Assembly (NCBI RefSeq): GCF_037042905.1
Contig: NC_087245.1
Coordinates: forward strand, 28,708,001-28,772,000
Length of the DNA: 64,000 nucleotides
Direction: 5' to 3'
Source of the DNA: Lytechinus pictus
Taxonomy: Eukaryota
The translations under genes and the position numbers were made by a program. This document shows positions 46,986 to 64,000 of the stretch, in pieces. Positions within the stretch are counted from its first letter, which is position 1. Each line of letters begins with the position of its first letter. The notes beneath the pieces were generated by a model, which worked only from the letters and a program-made list of their open reading frames with translations, ran no database searches and was not told the DNA's origin.

Positions 46986-47260
46986 TATAGAGTACAGAAG
47001 TGATGACGTCACATAAATCTTTTTTTAGCATTTCAGCATTATGATACCATATTTTGATAGAGCATGATGAAAAGCCCTCACTACCAAAATTTGGTGGGAA
47101 TTGTTCCATGGGGGCCTTAGATATAACCTCATGAATACATTAGTCCCATTGAAGTCAGTGTATTATTGGCCTGGTTCTAAATGTTAGGAACCAGGCCAAT
47201 ACATTGACTTCAATGGGGCTAATTGTGAAAATTGATGACGTCACACTTCGGTACTCTATA
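46986..47260. mobile_element. small palindromic MITE
   Basis: TATAGAGTAC.GAAGTG.TGACGTCA at both ends in inverted orientation; internal hairpin. Confidence 0.7.
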
Positions 47261-48319
47261 ATGATGATGACGATAGTGATTATATTGCTACTGATAATGA
47301 TGAATAATGATGATGGTGATCATGATTTAAAAAATCATAATTATGATAATAAGAAGAATATTAATGGCAATTATAATGATAAGAATATCAATGACAATGA
47401 TAATAGAATTGATAGATGATAATAAGAATATTAATGATATGAATGTTTCAGCCAATGGATGGTTGTGCATCGCATGTATGATCCATTTTGTAGTGTTAAG
47501 AGCTGCAACAAAAAAACTGTGCGGATAATACAGCATACACATACTTGTGAATACTTCAATACATCCTTTCCCTCAATATTTTTGAATTCATATTTATATA
47601 AAGGAGCTAGATAATATGTATATATAGGATAGTATGTGTAATTGTACATGCTCATAATCTAATATGTTTACATTGCGGGAAATCACTATTTGAACAGGAA
47701 TAAATGTATAAAATTTGAAATCTATGTGTCTATATTCCCTTATTTTTATATAATCAGGAATTAATGTATGTACCTTAACATATATGGTATCTTAATAAAA
47801 TTTTGTCTGAACTATAACCATACTCGGGTGATGTTACAACCTTTACAACAAGGTTAGGAACTTGATTATTATGGCCAAAATAGGGAGCAGAGTGACTGAG
47901 CAAAAATTTGGGGTACTAAAATTGAGCCTGTTGGGAATCCAGCCTTGGTCATACAATGTTGTGTTGGAAAGAAGAAAGATGAATAAAACAGAATGGTGAC
48001 AATTTGAAAGAAATCGGATAAGCAATAAGATAGTTATGGCTGCTTTAATTGAGATCCTAAGACTGTAGATTTCAAATTGGCAACTGGGTAAGTAAATTAT
48101 GACAAAGGGCAAGGACAACTTTCCCACAGGCCATAGACCTAGTTATCGGGGATTTTTTCGCTTTCGCCCAAGTACCTATTCCCCTGGGGCAGTAATCTAA
48201 ATATAACCAAGTTGGTATAATATTTTCTGTCCTCATGAAGGAAAAACTGAATTTGAAGTAAACTTGAAACAAATTACATTTTAGCTAACATGGAAGAGTA
48301 GTCCTTGCCTTACATCACT

Positions 48320-48860
48320 CCCGGGGGGGGGGGGGGGCACTCGACCAAAAAAGTGGTAGGGGTGTGCCGCGGGCGAGGCAAAAAACGGGGGCCTTGGAGC
48401 GGGATTATTGTAAAAAGGAGGGTCCTCGGAACGGGCTTCGGAACTACAAATGTTTGTGAAAACGGGGGTCCTCGGAACGGATCTCCGTATCTCTGTGAGT
48501 GCGTGTGCATCCCTATGGAACGGGCAATCGTGCATGACGCAGCTAGCGCGGCCTCCGCCGGGTGCGCTCGCGCTTAGGCGATGGTCGAAAAGCGCTCTAC
48601 GGCCGCTTTTCACCAAAATTGTAGCAGATCAATGCGACCGGAACGGCGTAACGAAAAATATGCGAAGCTTTGGAGCTGATTTCTTTCTTCTTTTTTCTCG
48701 ATAAGAAGGAAATGCTATGCCTTGGAGCGGCTTTCTTTGTTCTTTTTCTCAATAAGACAAAAATGCTATGCCTTGGAACGGAAATTTGAGTGTAAAAATG
48801 GGGGTCCCCTCCGCGGCACATACCCACTATGCATTATATACTGAGTGCCCCCCCCCCGGG
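48320..48860. mobile_element. CCCGGG(G)n-terminated MITE, different subfamily
   Basis: TIR CCCG(G)nCACTC; 8-bp TSD ACATCACT. Confidence 0.85.
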
Positions 48861-50483
48861 ACATCACTATGCCATCACATATGCGGCCAATTCGAAGTCT
48901 CCATGGGTAAAGTGATTACCAATTTTTACAACTTTAAAAAATTCATAACATTCTTACTGTTTGTCCGATATTTGTTCCAACATTCACCTATCAACTTATT
49001 ATTTTTCTTTTTCTTCTAAAAACAAGTTTTTATTTGAGTTTGATTCCCCTTAAAAATCTGCTGCATGTGGCGCTCTAGCACTTGAGAATCGGAGCTAGCT
49101 AGTGTAATTACAGTGCTTTTCTTGCCCGGGGAGGGGAGGGGGGGGGGGGCAGTCAAATATATTGCTGTATACACGCGCGTGACCAAAAAAAAGTATTTAC
49201 AAAGGGGTGCTTTTTTAGTTCTGGACGAGGACCGCATGTGCACTCATTAAGGGTATCAAAAACACTGATTTTCCAAAAAAGGGTGGTTTTGAAAGACTGG
49301 TCAATCGCAATCGCTGGGTCGAATGTATTTAGGGTACATATGTTTTTTTTTCCAGAGCTTTTTTTTAAAGACTAGCCAAACGTGTTTAGGTTATGTTTTT
49401 CCCAAAGCTTTTTCCCCGGGGCTTTTTTCTCCTCTTTTCTGAAAAGTGTTCGGGTTCTTCCCGATTGTAAGATACGACCCTGGGAACGGGCCAGGGAAAC
49501 GGGAAAACTTGTGTGGGGGACATATTCTGTTGACAAATGGCATAGGGGCCAAAATGTGCCCATGCAGAAGCCCAAAAAAATTCTTGTTTAGGGGTGTTTG
49601 GAAATAATTTGGTCACGCATGTTTTCTTAATTTTATTATCATCTGCATCTGCCATTTCTTTTAATTTGCTATTTTCCCACTTCCTGTCTTTTCTTTCTCT
49701 TAACTCCTTTTCTTTCCCCTTCCCGTTATTCTTATCCCCCCCCTCTTTTTAGCTGCCCCTGCTAGCCCCCCCCCCCCCCCACACACCCTAACGCACTTAC
49801 CCTACGCATTGTACGTGTCATATTCTACATGCTCTACAGACCACCCATGATTCGGCCGGATGTACACGTACCGTACATGTGTACAATAACTTCCGGATAG
49901 CAGGATAAAACACGGATCTCTATAAATTTTAAATACTTTTTTTGCAAGAAAATAAAGTGGTGACTGAGTAGTGAATCACATATAAAGCATCTGTATTTTG
50001 TCACTTGTAAGTATTATTTTCTGCTGCCATTTCTGTGTTCATTTGACTTGAAATAATTGAATGCTCTAGTCTTTCGGCCGCACTCGTCTTTGCACCGGCG
50101 ATCATGTGCATTTAGTGGTGTACAGTAGTGAATAGGAGATAACACGATTTTTTGATAGATGTAGTACGAAAAGCACACGAGCGAAATCACCACCTACCGG
50201 TACATCACGGTGTTTGTGTGACTTTGAGGCCTTTAGATCGAAACCTGAACGCATTAAATGCCACTTGTTGTCGGTTAAATGACAAGTCCACCCCCAAAAA
50301 AGTTAAATAAAAGAAGAAAATTCGAACAAGCATATTCATTCACAGAAAATTTCATCAAAATTCGATGCAGAGCTACATGTATGCACTCAGTGACTCACGA
50401 GTCATCCTACGAACGAGGTTATGTATGTTATTTATGTAGAAATAATCTAATTTCAGGAGACAATTTCTTTTGTATTTTCTTAA

Positions 50484-51650
50484 AGGAGAATGAAACCTTT
50501 AGAACAAGATAGCTTGTGTGGAAACAGAAAAATCAAAGAAACAGATCAACTAAAGTTTGAGAAAAATCGGACAAATAATGAGAAAGTTATGACAATATGA
50601 GCATTTGAATATTGCGATCATAAGTAATGATATGGTCGGAGATCCTCACATTGGCAATGCGACAAAGATGTGTGATGTCACTTTGAACAACTCTCCCCTT
50701 TACTTTAGTATATATTTCACTTAAAGTTAAACTGCCTCTTTTATCACATCTATCAGTAGATCATGTCACTCATCCTACATCATGGATAAAGAGTTTGTAT
50801 CACCATGAGAAAAAGCAAAAAGAGACATTTTGATGGTATATTTTATCCCGGGGGGGGGGGGGGGGCACTTACATTGACAAGTGGATACCATGCGCGACCC
50901 AAGAAACACGTAAAAAGGATGTCTTTTTCAAGATAGGGCACGCGTTATGTACGTAACGTGATAAGGGTGTAAAAAACACAAAAATAATGAAAAAAGGGTA
51001 GATCTATTTCGCTAGGAAAAATATGTTTTTAGGATCAAATTTGCGGGGATGATAAAACAAAATTTAAATGTTTTATAAAGGATGTCCTTTTTGCCCCAAC
51101 ACTACGTGTTTAGAGTCCGATTTGCGCTAGGTATGGAAGGTGGGGCCGTACTAAACCAAATGGTGTATAAAGGTAAAACCGACGACCGACGTCGACGGAC
51201 CCGTGACAACAATAAAATATCGCTGTACTTGTTTAGGGGTTCATTTCAGGAAATAATTTGCCAAGAGTATCGTTTTGTTTCCAATACTTGTTAAGGGTAG
51301 GGTTTCAGACGCCAATACTTTTTAAGGGGTGCATTTTCAGAATATGTAAAATACGTGTTTAGGGTGCTTTTCGAGACCCCATGGTCGCGCATGGTATCCA
51401 CTCGTCAATGGAAGTGGCCCCCCCCCCCGGGTATTTTATAGTCCATTAAAGGGAAAGTTGTTCACATGTGACATCACACATCCTTGTCGCATTGCCAATA
51501 GGAGGATCTCCATAGCATAAGTGATTGTAATATTCAATTGCTCATAACTTTCTCATTATTTGTCCGATTTTTCTCAAACTTTCTTTTTTCTTATTCTTTG
51601 ATTTTTCTGTTTCGACACAAGCCTATTTGTTCCAAAGGTTTTATTCCCCT
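50484..51650. mobile_element. Kolobok-like MITE (AGGAGAATGAAAC family) with nested CCCGGG MITE (50847-51431, TSD TATTTTAT)
   Basis: TTAA flanks; uninterrupted relative at 61057-61640. Confidence 0.8.
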
Positions 51651-51683
51651 TTAATTGTATGAAATAGATCTAGATCTAGGCCT

Positions 51684-53265
51684 ATTCCACTCATTCTATG
51701 AACAAGGTTATGATCTAACCTTGTTCTCTGTTACTACTCCCTGTGTGGTGAAATAAGGTTGGCAATGTTTGGCTTATTTTCTCTTTTTCTTTGGGACAAA
51801 TGCTTGATTTTTGACACTGTCAGTTTCCATTACAGCTATTCATCATATAACTTGGCTCTTAAGTAAATTTGATTCTTTAAATTATTTTTTCTTAATAAAA
51901 AATAGAGATTGAAAAATGACAATTGTCTTGCCATATTACTTTCCACCAATAGAGGGCGTACACAAAAATATGCCCAAAATTCAAGTTTTCGAGCGCTCTG
52001 GTGAAAATTGCTCCCAAGTTACTAATGAAAAATAAATTGCAACTGTATGGAAAATAGTATTTTTGGTCACAAAAGTGATATTTTAATGATATTTTAAATT
52101 GTGAGCTGTGTACAGCATTGGCATACCATAGTCCTACCTGTAGATTCCCCACAGGCAGGATGGTAATGAACCCTTGAGTGGGCCTATTCAAATTATTTCC
52201 TCAGTCACACTGACATTGTCCAGCTGCTGTCAGTTGAAACAAATTTTTATTTCTCCTTGAACATTTTTTGGTTCAGTTAAGTTGGTCGTTAATGTCAAAT
52301 TGGTAAAAATTGAAATATTGTATAATTCAAACAATAAAAAGAAAAGAAATAGGTCTAGTGATGGACATCATGATCATCGAGACATCGACTGTCATTTGCA
52401 TGTCACTGAGTTGTGCATATACATCTAACGTTAGAGTAGATCTAGATCTAAAGTAACTGATTTGTGAAAATTAAGCGAAAAATTTAAGATGTCATAACTT
52501 TCTTATTTTACATCTGATTTTGATGAAATTTTCAGCATTATGCTTGTTGGATTTTTCTCTATTGATTAAAATCAACATTTTTCTGGGGTGGACTTAACCT
52601 CTGAACAATGTAGTTTTATACAGATCACAGATTAACTGTAATTCCCTAACGTCACGAACGTTACTAGGTCTAGAGTTGCTCACACAAGTCTAAGTAACTG
52701 CACTTTACAGTTTACAGCTGACATCTGTTGAGTCTTCTTATCAAATAGGCCTACAACATTTATAAAGGGCTAATGTACGCATTGATTTTAAGCGCTGGAG
52801 TCATAGCCTAGGTTTTTAGTTGAACAGTTGGACATGTTTTTTGCATGTTGGATACACCTGTTCACAGCAACCTCCCTGCCTTTGGGGAATATACATATAG
52901 GCCTATGGCTATGCAGTACACAACACACATTTAAAAATCACTTTTGTAACCAAAAATAATTATTTCCATATACATGTAGTTGTGATTTATTTTTGATTAA
53001 TTAATTGGGGATCATTTTTTTTTTGCAAGAAAATAGTCATTCAAAAATATAATTATAAGATTTCAATTTACTTCAATGCCAAGTTATCTGATGAATAGTT
53101 GTACTGGATAATGACTAAAAAAAATCAAGCATTTGTCCCCAAGAACAAGAGAAAAATAAGCCAAACATTGTCAACCTTATTTCCCCACACAGGGAGTCCT
53201 AACAGAGAACAAGGTTACAGTAAGGTTACAGTATATCATCACCTTTTTCATTGCATGAGTGGTTG
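51684..53265. mobile_element. foldback element with long degenerate TIRs
   Basis: 51715-51810 is the reverse complement of ~53123-53218; further inverted similarity inward. Confidence 0.6.
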
Positions 53266-54667
53266 GATAGAATTAATGAAAAAAAAAAAAGACTTCTGTA
53301 AAATAAAGGGAAAATGCATGGAGGATAATTTAATAAGGATAAGAACAACAAAAATTACTATTCTATTACTGATTAAAGTGGTAGGTTTTTAATCTAAATC
53401 TAGTCTTAAAAATGGAAAGTGTTGGAGAGTGACGAACATAAACCGGGAGAGTATTTCAAAGCCTAGGAGCACATACGGCGAAAGCACAATCACCATAGCG
53501 GATGTAGGTTCGAGGACGATGAACTACATGTAGTTGAAGATGGACAGATGAGGATGAGCGAAAAATCTGGTTTAGACTAACGTAAAAGGAAATTCTGAGG
53601 CACACAACAAGCCAATATTGGAGACACACCACAGAGAGTGAGCTTAGCTAAAGTAACAAGTGGTGTGTGTGCCACAAATTGAGAACCAGTGGTCAAGTTT
53701 AAGCTTGCTGAAGTTTTATTTTCACCGTTGATAATTTGTTCTTTTTCAGCATATGTGTAGCCATTCCGTCTCATCATTTAACATTTATGAACTTGGTATA
53801 AGAAGCCCTTGAAAAGTGAACCGAATTATGCATATATTCCTAGACTGCATATAACATTTATTTTAAGTCAACCTTTCATAAGCTGAATAATTGCCAAAGT
53901 CAAAGCTTTTTTTCAGACCATAAAAGTTATTATTATGGTAATTTTGCCATCCAATGGTAACTACCAGTACCATGGTTTACTTTGCCATCCAATGGTATAC
54001 AAATAATGAATGTTTATGAGTGTAATGGACAGGATACTTCATGAGGTGAAAGATGAAAAGATCCATTCAACGAGGAGTAGCTGAGTCGAATGGATCATTC
54101 ATTTCGTCTTTCACCAAATGAAGTATTCTGTCCATTGCACGAATGAAGGAACATTCATTCTTTGGTTTATATATGACACTTAAAACTAGATTATTTTTCA
54201 TATGAAAAAATGTTGATGCAAAATATGATCATGCAATGCGAGCTCGGTCTGTTGATTGTCGTGTACAATTGCAAGGTCGATGATGTCATTGTAAAATGGT
54301 CCGAATGATGGATATCAAACAACCAATCAAATGCCAAGGATCTAGGTGTCATAAAATAACTACCGATATATCAATGCTCATCAGCCAATCAAAATAAAAA
54401 AAACATGAAAGTTACTATTGGATGGCAAAGTTACATTAATATTAAATTTTTGCGACAGGGCCCAGAACATGAAAAAACGTGTTCGCCTTTTAAACAGATT
54501 ATGTGGCCCCAAGAGATTTGACTTCGACAGGCTCTATTGTATGTTAGACACTTCTAGTGCTGTAAAATTTGTTTCCTTTTAGTCCAGCTTTTAATCACTT
54601 TTAAACTTTTTATTTCCCTTTTGGTGTTTACAGGGTGCAGCTTGTCGTAATACTCTTTAAGTTTTGA

Positions 54668-57952
<3,285 letters not shown>

Positions 57953-60900
57953 CATATTTGTGTCTGTCAATATCTCTCTTTCCATCTCACACTAAATCCA
58001 TTCATAATTCCGTGTAGACCTTTACCCTCATAGCAATTAAAAATCCAAGTTGACCCAAACATCAAATTGATTTGAATGCTAACAGAAAATCACATAAGCA
58101 TAACATTGAAATATCATTAAGATATAATGACAGCATTTAATATGGCATACTTTTTTCATAAAACATTGATATGTATAATTTATTCAGTGTGTTAATGAAA
58201 GAGATTGTTTCATCACACACTAATTGCTTCTTTATGAAGTCCTGGTTATACATTTGAAGATTTTGATTAAAAACAAATCTTCATTTCATTGGAATACTTG
58301 TTATTTACAGTAATGGTTTTACATGTTTCCTAGAGATACATGCCATATTTTACATCATGAAAGTTTGAGTGTTATGCTTGTTTGATTTTGCTGTATTAAT
58401 ACAGGTTAACTTGGACTTGGACCTTAATGGGGGAATTCACTCTGATATTAAGTGGGTAACCCACAGTATAAGGAGAGAGCTACAATTCGGTCCAAGTCTT
58501 CGGATAACTACGTGTATATATATGAATAATTATTACCTATACAAGGCATTTTAGGAGATAAATAAGTCATATTTCGCTCGCTACTTCAATCCGAGACCAG
58601 AACGAGGTAAACATTTGCCATGTTGCCCTCCCCGGGCTTTGCCCATAGAAATCCTGTACAAAATAGAGGGCAATATTGGCCATATTTCTGCTAGTGCGCT
58701 TGCGCAGTAGGAGCTGATTTTGATCGCTAATTTAAGAAATCTGGCTGGAACCAGTTTATGAACCAACGCATTGTAGATAATGCGCGGCGCGGCCAGTGCA
58801 TACACAAACGTAACCCAAGCGCAAGATTTCTACACGTTAAGTGTATGTGCGCACCATGCATGATGCGCGACTGTAAGGCAACAATTGTGTCACAATTGCT
58901 TATTAAGGGTTACTTCGCTAAACCTGAAATCAGAAGTAGTGATAAGCAAACAGGCATATAAATTGTTCCAAATAGTAGCTTGAATTACACATTGTACAGC
59001 CTTAGGTAATGATAATAATATTGACTGGTTCTTCCTTTGGGAAACATCAAATATGTCGCCCTGAAAAGAACCATATTGTCCTCGTCTAAAGACTCTGGCC
59101 AATATGATTCTGTTGCGGGCAGCATTTTTTATGTTCCTCTCAAGGCCAGTCAATATTATATAAATGTTTGTTACTACAAAATTGGAAAATAGTATTGAAC
59201 ATGGACATCATAAATTCTTTGACATCCATAAATCAGAGTAAAATCGCATGAATGACCAGAACGCTAGAAAAAAAGCAGGGCCCCGTCGCATAAAAGTTAC
59301 TATTATGGTAACTTTGCCATCAAATGGTAACTACCATGGAAACGATGATCAACAACCAATCAGAATCAAGGATTCTATGCAAGTTATCATTGTATGGCAA
59401 AGTAACCATAATGGTAACTTTTATGCAATGGGGGCCAGACTGTCTTTGCTCACTTCCTTTAATAACTACGTTATTATTCAAAATTCATGGCTTAGTATGG
59501 CTCTTTTGGCCTTGCAGCAATTCATTATCAGGGGCATTGGTTTTCTGCTAATACTTTGAAAAATATAGATACCTGAGGAACCATTTCCTGAAAGTATCTT
59601 CTGCCAGCACTGCCAAGACTTCACTATCTGACAGTTACAGACCTAGGGAGTGTTTCATGAAAGGTCTTGTCAGACGTTTTATCCGACAAAGTGTTTTATC
59701 GGACAGTTTCCATAGTAGCAGTGCTTCTCAGCTAATCAACATCAAGGAAAGTTGTCATATCTGACAACTTGTAAGATGTTGATGAAACACTCCCCAGGGT
59801 CTCTCTCAGCCAATCAGAACCAGGAACAAGTCAGCTGATACCATAGTTGTCAGATGACGAATGTTGATGCAACCCCTTGGGGTGGATTCCCCCTTTGATA
59901 GTGCAAGCATTGCTTTGATGATTTCTCTTTGAAACTTGGAATTATTTTTACGAAAGTGATTTAAAGCAATTTAAATGAGAGGAAATTGTATTGAATGGAT
60001 TGATTTTACAGTTGCTTGCATTTCTTTGAAATTACATTTGACAATGTATGTTTTGTGATATGTAATCATTTCAATTGTAACCAGTATTGACTATTCATGA
60101 ACTAATGAATAATTTTTGGGGAAAGTATTTCCAACCATTACATTTTTTGTGTATTTAACAAAGTAAATCTCAATAGAAATTCAACATCTGATTGAGTCTT
60201 CTTGTATGACCATGTATGAACATTCATTAGTCAACAATTATGTGCTTTTTAAGTCATTCCATTATGTATGGGATATTTCTTTCCTTTCTTTTAAATGAAA
60301 AATGAAATAAAATGTACACGGAAAACTCTTATAAAAGGATGGCAATTAAAACTGTTTTAAGTGTTGGTAAAGCAATCAAAGAACAATAGCCTTTAGTTTG
60401 CCAATGGGTCTTAATTTCAGGTTATGAAATGTGTCATTTTGTGTTCTTGCCTGTCAAATAAAATATGACAGACAGAGCTGTTTGCTGGATTGATTTTCTG
60501 AAAGATTGAGAGAATTTGTTATTCATAAAGTATTTATTAGAAATCCTCTATATGCATTTGCGAGTAATAAATGTGTCATGTATGAAAAGATATATTTTCA
60601 TATATTAAAATATTAGGGCATTGATTAATCAAGCACAGATACATGTACCAAATTTTACCATTCATTGCCCATATCGTCTGCTATGCAGCTTCTATTTATG
60701 AGGGATGTCAGCTTCTCAATATAAGTCCAGAATTCAAGGCAATTTTCATTTAGGCTTGTTATTAACATGTTATTTTCTAACAGTTACACTGTATTTGAAA
60801 TGATAGCTTTCATGTATGCTATTGTATGCTCCCTTGTGAATGCTTGTGAACATGGTCTCAATATTTGTTGATGACAATATTCGATGAAAAACCTCTTTTG

Positions 60901-61056
60901 AAACCTGAAGCATTGTGGTCTCGTGGTTCTGAATCTCGCCTTTGAAATTGAGGGTCACATGTTCCAATTCCAGCCACGGCGTTGATCCTCAATGTGCTGC
61001 AGTCAAACCTGAAGGGGTACACGTAAATGGATAACAGCAGGAAGTGAATTCCTTAA

Positions 61057-61640
61057 AGGAGAATGAAACTCTTGGAGCAAGTTAGCTTTTGTGAAAGCAG
61101 AAAAATCAAAGAATAAGATCAACAAAAGTTTGAGTAAAATAGGACTAGCAATAGAAGAGTTATGAGCATTTGAATGTCGAGATCACTAATGCTATGGAGA
61201 TCCTCCCATTGGCAATGCGACCAAGATCTATGATGTCACAGATGAACAACTCTCCCCTTTTGGACACTGAAAATATACCCCAAAACATCTCTTTTTGCTC
61301 ATTCTAATCAGATGGCAAACGATTCATCAATGATATAATGTTGTGAAACCTCTGTACTTGTCCTCTCATAAAGAGAACACCTCACCTTGTGATAGACTCT
61401 ATAAAAGTGAGAATATAAGTGAAATAAGTACTAAAGTAATGAGGGAGTTGTACGTGTGTGACATCACAGATCTTGGTCGCATTGCCAATAGGAGGATCTA
61501 CATGGCATTAGTGATCTCAATATTCAAATGCTCATAACTTTCTTATCATCCATTCAATCTTCCTCAAACTTTCAACAATATTTTATTTTTATTTTTCTCT
61601 TTGATATGGATTCAGCTGGTTTCAAGGGTTTCATTCTCCT
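61057..61640. mobile_element. Kolobok-like MITE inserted in a decayed SINE (~60910-61740)
   Basis: TTAA|AGGAGAATGAAAC...GTTTCATTCTCCT|TTAA with long internal inverted repeats. Confidence 0.85.
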
Positions 61641-64000
61641 TTAAGCTGTGAATGAGAATCGGTAGCCTTTTAGCACCTTACAAGGTGGATGTCTGTGGAT
61701 ATAAATGCCTCATAACATTATCGTCATCATCATTATACATGAGTTATCCTCTCTGAGCATGAAACAAAGCCAGATAATCGAGATGCACTAATAATCACTG
61801 AAGTAGGCCTACATCTTCCAGCCAATCATTGCAAAGAGGCTTATTGTACACATTATATGCATGGTGAAAATTGCTGAATTTTGGGTAGCAAATATTTCAT
61901 ATTTCTCAATAAAGCTCCTATAAAGCTTAAGTGTCAAGTCATTGTATTGTCTCCATGTTTGATTTGGTGTAGTTTTTTTCTCTAAATAGCGAGTATGAAG
62001 CTTGGACTTATGCAAATCAAGCTGGTTTTATAAAGGGCATTTATTTATAATTTTGTTTTTGTGACGCTATACAGTAACCATCTGTTTTTTATGATTATTC
62101 ATTAAAACTGGCTTTTCTCAGCCTTCTTTCTCTTTGTAAAGAGGTCAGTGGAGCTTGATGTAGTGTCAGCATAACAAACTAGTGATAAGGAGCCAACCTT
62201 GGCCCTGCAATAGCCTTTGCCTAATTTTTAGGCAGCATGATAATTTGTGGTAAAGAATTCGCAATGCGTTGATTAATTTTCATATTGAACATACACAAAA
62301 GTTTCAGGAATATTTCAAAAATAGTTACATGTGTGATTTAAGATTATACTGAGGTGACATATTTTATGCATGATCTGTGGATGAATACTAATTAGCATGC
62401 ATCCTCTTGTCATGAAATGGTCACTTCGACGATGTGTTCTATACCATACGCAACTGCACCCTCTAATTTAGGGTCTTACCTGATTAATGTAATAATGTTC
62501 CACAGTGAGTGTAGGTCGGGCATTCGTTTTTATATCACGGGGATATTATTCAGAGTATGTCTATGGTTATATTTAAGTATTTAGAAACTATTACAACAAT
62601 CCTGTACATGTATATGATAGGTCATTTTTTTAATAAAAGGTGATTATTGATTTTCATTCCATTTCATCTATAAAACAAAAATGGGATTGTACATTTTGAC
62701 TTGAGATTTCTCCCCAGTGGGATTTCAAATACTAGTATCATTGAGGAGCTACTATCCAGATCATTGCATAAGGTTGTATGTATCAAGATAACTTACACAC
62801 TGTTTATCATTTTAACAAGAAAACATGAATATAGTTATCTTTTCATGTTATTTCTCTTGTCCAATTATCCACCTTTAAATGCATAATTTTTCAAGGGAAT
62901 TGCGTGTCATGATAATTTTTTTTAATGTATATGAAAATAGGAGTCATATTTCCTCCATGTCATTCAGGAAAAATATGAAATTCTGAAAAGATATCCCTTC
63001 AAGGGATATGAAACCTCAGCTGATTATTTGTCAAAAAGTTGATATATTTTTAATTATAATTCAATCAATCAGGAGGAAGGGTAATCAACATTCAGTATGT
63101 AAAAGTTTTGGTGATGGTTTAAATATTATGTAATCTATCATATTGTCATTAAATGAATTAATAATTATTGTATATCACATGGTATTTATTATTGTTATTC
63201 ATGTATTAATTTATACGTTTTGATTGATGTGTACATTGTGTGTGTGTGTGTGTGTGAGAGAGAGGGGGGGGGGTGGGAGGTTGTGATGGCGAGAGCGAAC
63301 GAGGGGGGGGGGAGAGGCGATGCCTGAGAAAGAATGAGGAACAGACAAAATGATAGAGACAACTCCAGACATGCCAGGGGGCCGTTTCATAAAGCTGTTT
63401 GTAAGTTAAGGAGACTTTAAGAACGACTGGTGATCCTTTCTTACGCGCCAAACCATCGCCCATGAATATACCATTTACCACAAGAAAGGGTCACCAATCG
63501 TTCTTTAAGTCGCTTAAACTAAAGAACGGCTTTATGAAACACCCATCAGAATTGATGAAGATGATTGGGTGGGACCAATAAGGGATGAGAGAGACACCCA
63601 AAGCAGAGGAAGGCGAGAAGCAGTATAAATTGAATTGATGGATTCATCAGCGGATCTACCCCCGCTCACGTATAGTGGCAGTACGCATAGGCGGATCCTG
63701 CCCCCCCCCCATTGGCAGAGGAAAAAAAAAGAAAAAAGGGGGATATAAAAAAAAGAAGAAAAAGACTGGAAAAGAGGAGAAAAAAAAGAAGGGAAAGGAA
63801 ACATAAGAGGAGGAAGATGAGTGAATAAAATAAGATTAGGAAAGATTGGAAAATAATAATTAAAAAAAATCTTTCATCTTTCTAACCTTTACACTATATA
63901 AAATTTTCGCTCGCGCTTCGCGATCGCATTGCCTTTTAGGTGATTTACATATCTTGCTCAATACGGAGTTTAAAATATCAAAATTTTAAGTCAATATACA

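Overview
AT-rich eukaryotic (metazoan) genomic DNA; the repeat landscape looks like sea urchin/echinoderm, which is an inference. The only host genes I can support are three head-to-tail, + strand, intact class I ADP-ribosylation factor (ARF1-like) paralogs: A 19648-24177, B 41443-44542, C 54683-57952. Each has the same four coding exons (145/111/125/156-165 nt) and an intron in the 5'UTR. The paralogs are mosaic. Long exon blocks are identical down to synonymous sites, while residues 133-156 are hypervariable and the introns are mostly unrelated. The rest of the window is a dense, deeply nested collection of non-autonomous DNA transposons, many with readable TIRs and TSDs. These include an AcademH-type element with a RecQ helicase remnant and hAT-, MULE-, Kolobok-, Harbinger- and EnSpm-like elements. 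There is also a 5'-truncated RTE LINE, a tRNA-derived SINE, a Tc1 remnant, two kb-scale near-perfect tandem duplications and simple repeats. Almost all ORFs in the supplied track are spurious. All alignments were done by eye, and superfamily calls rest on termini and TSD length, not on database searches.
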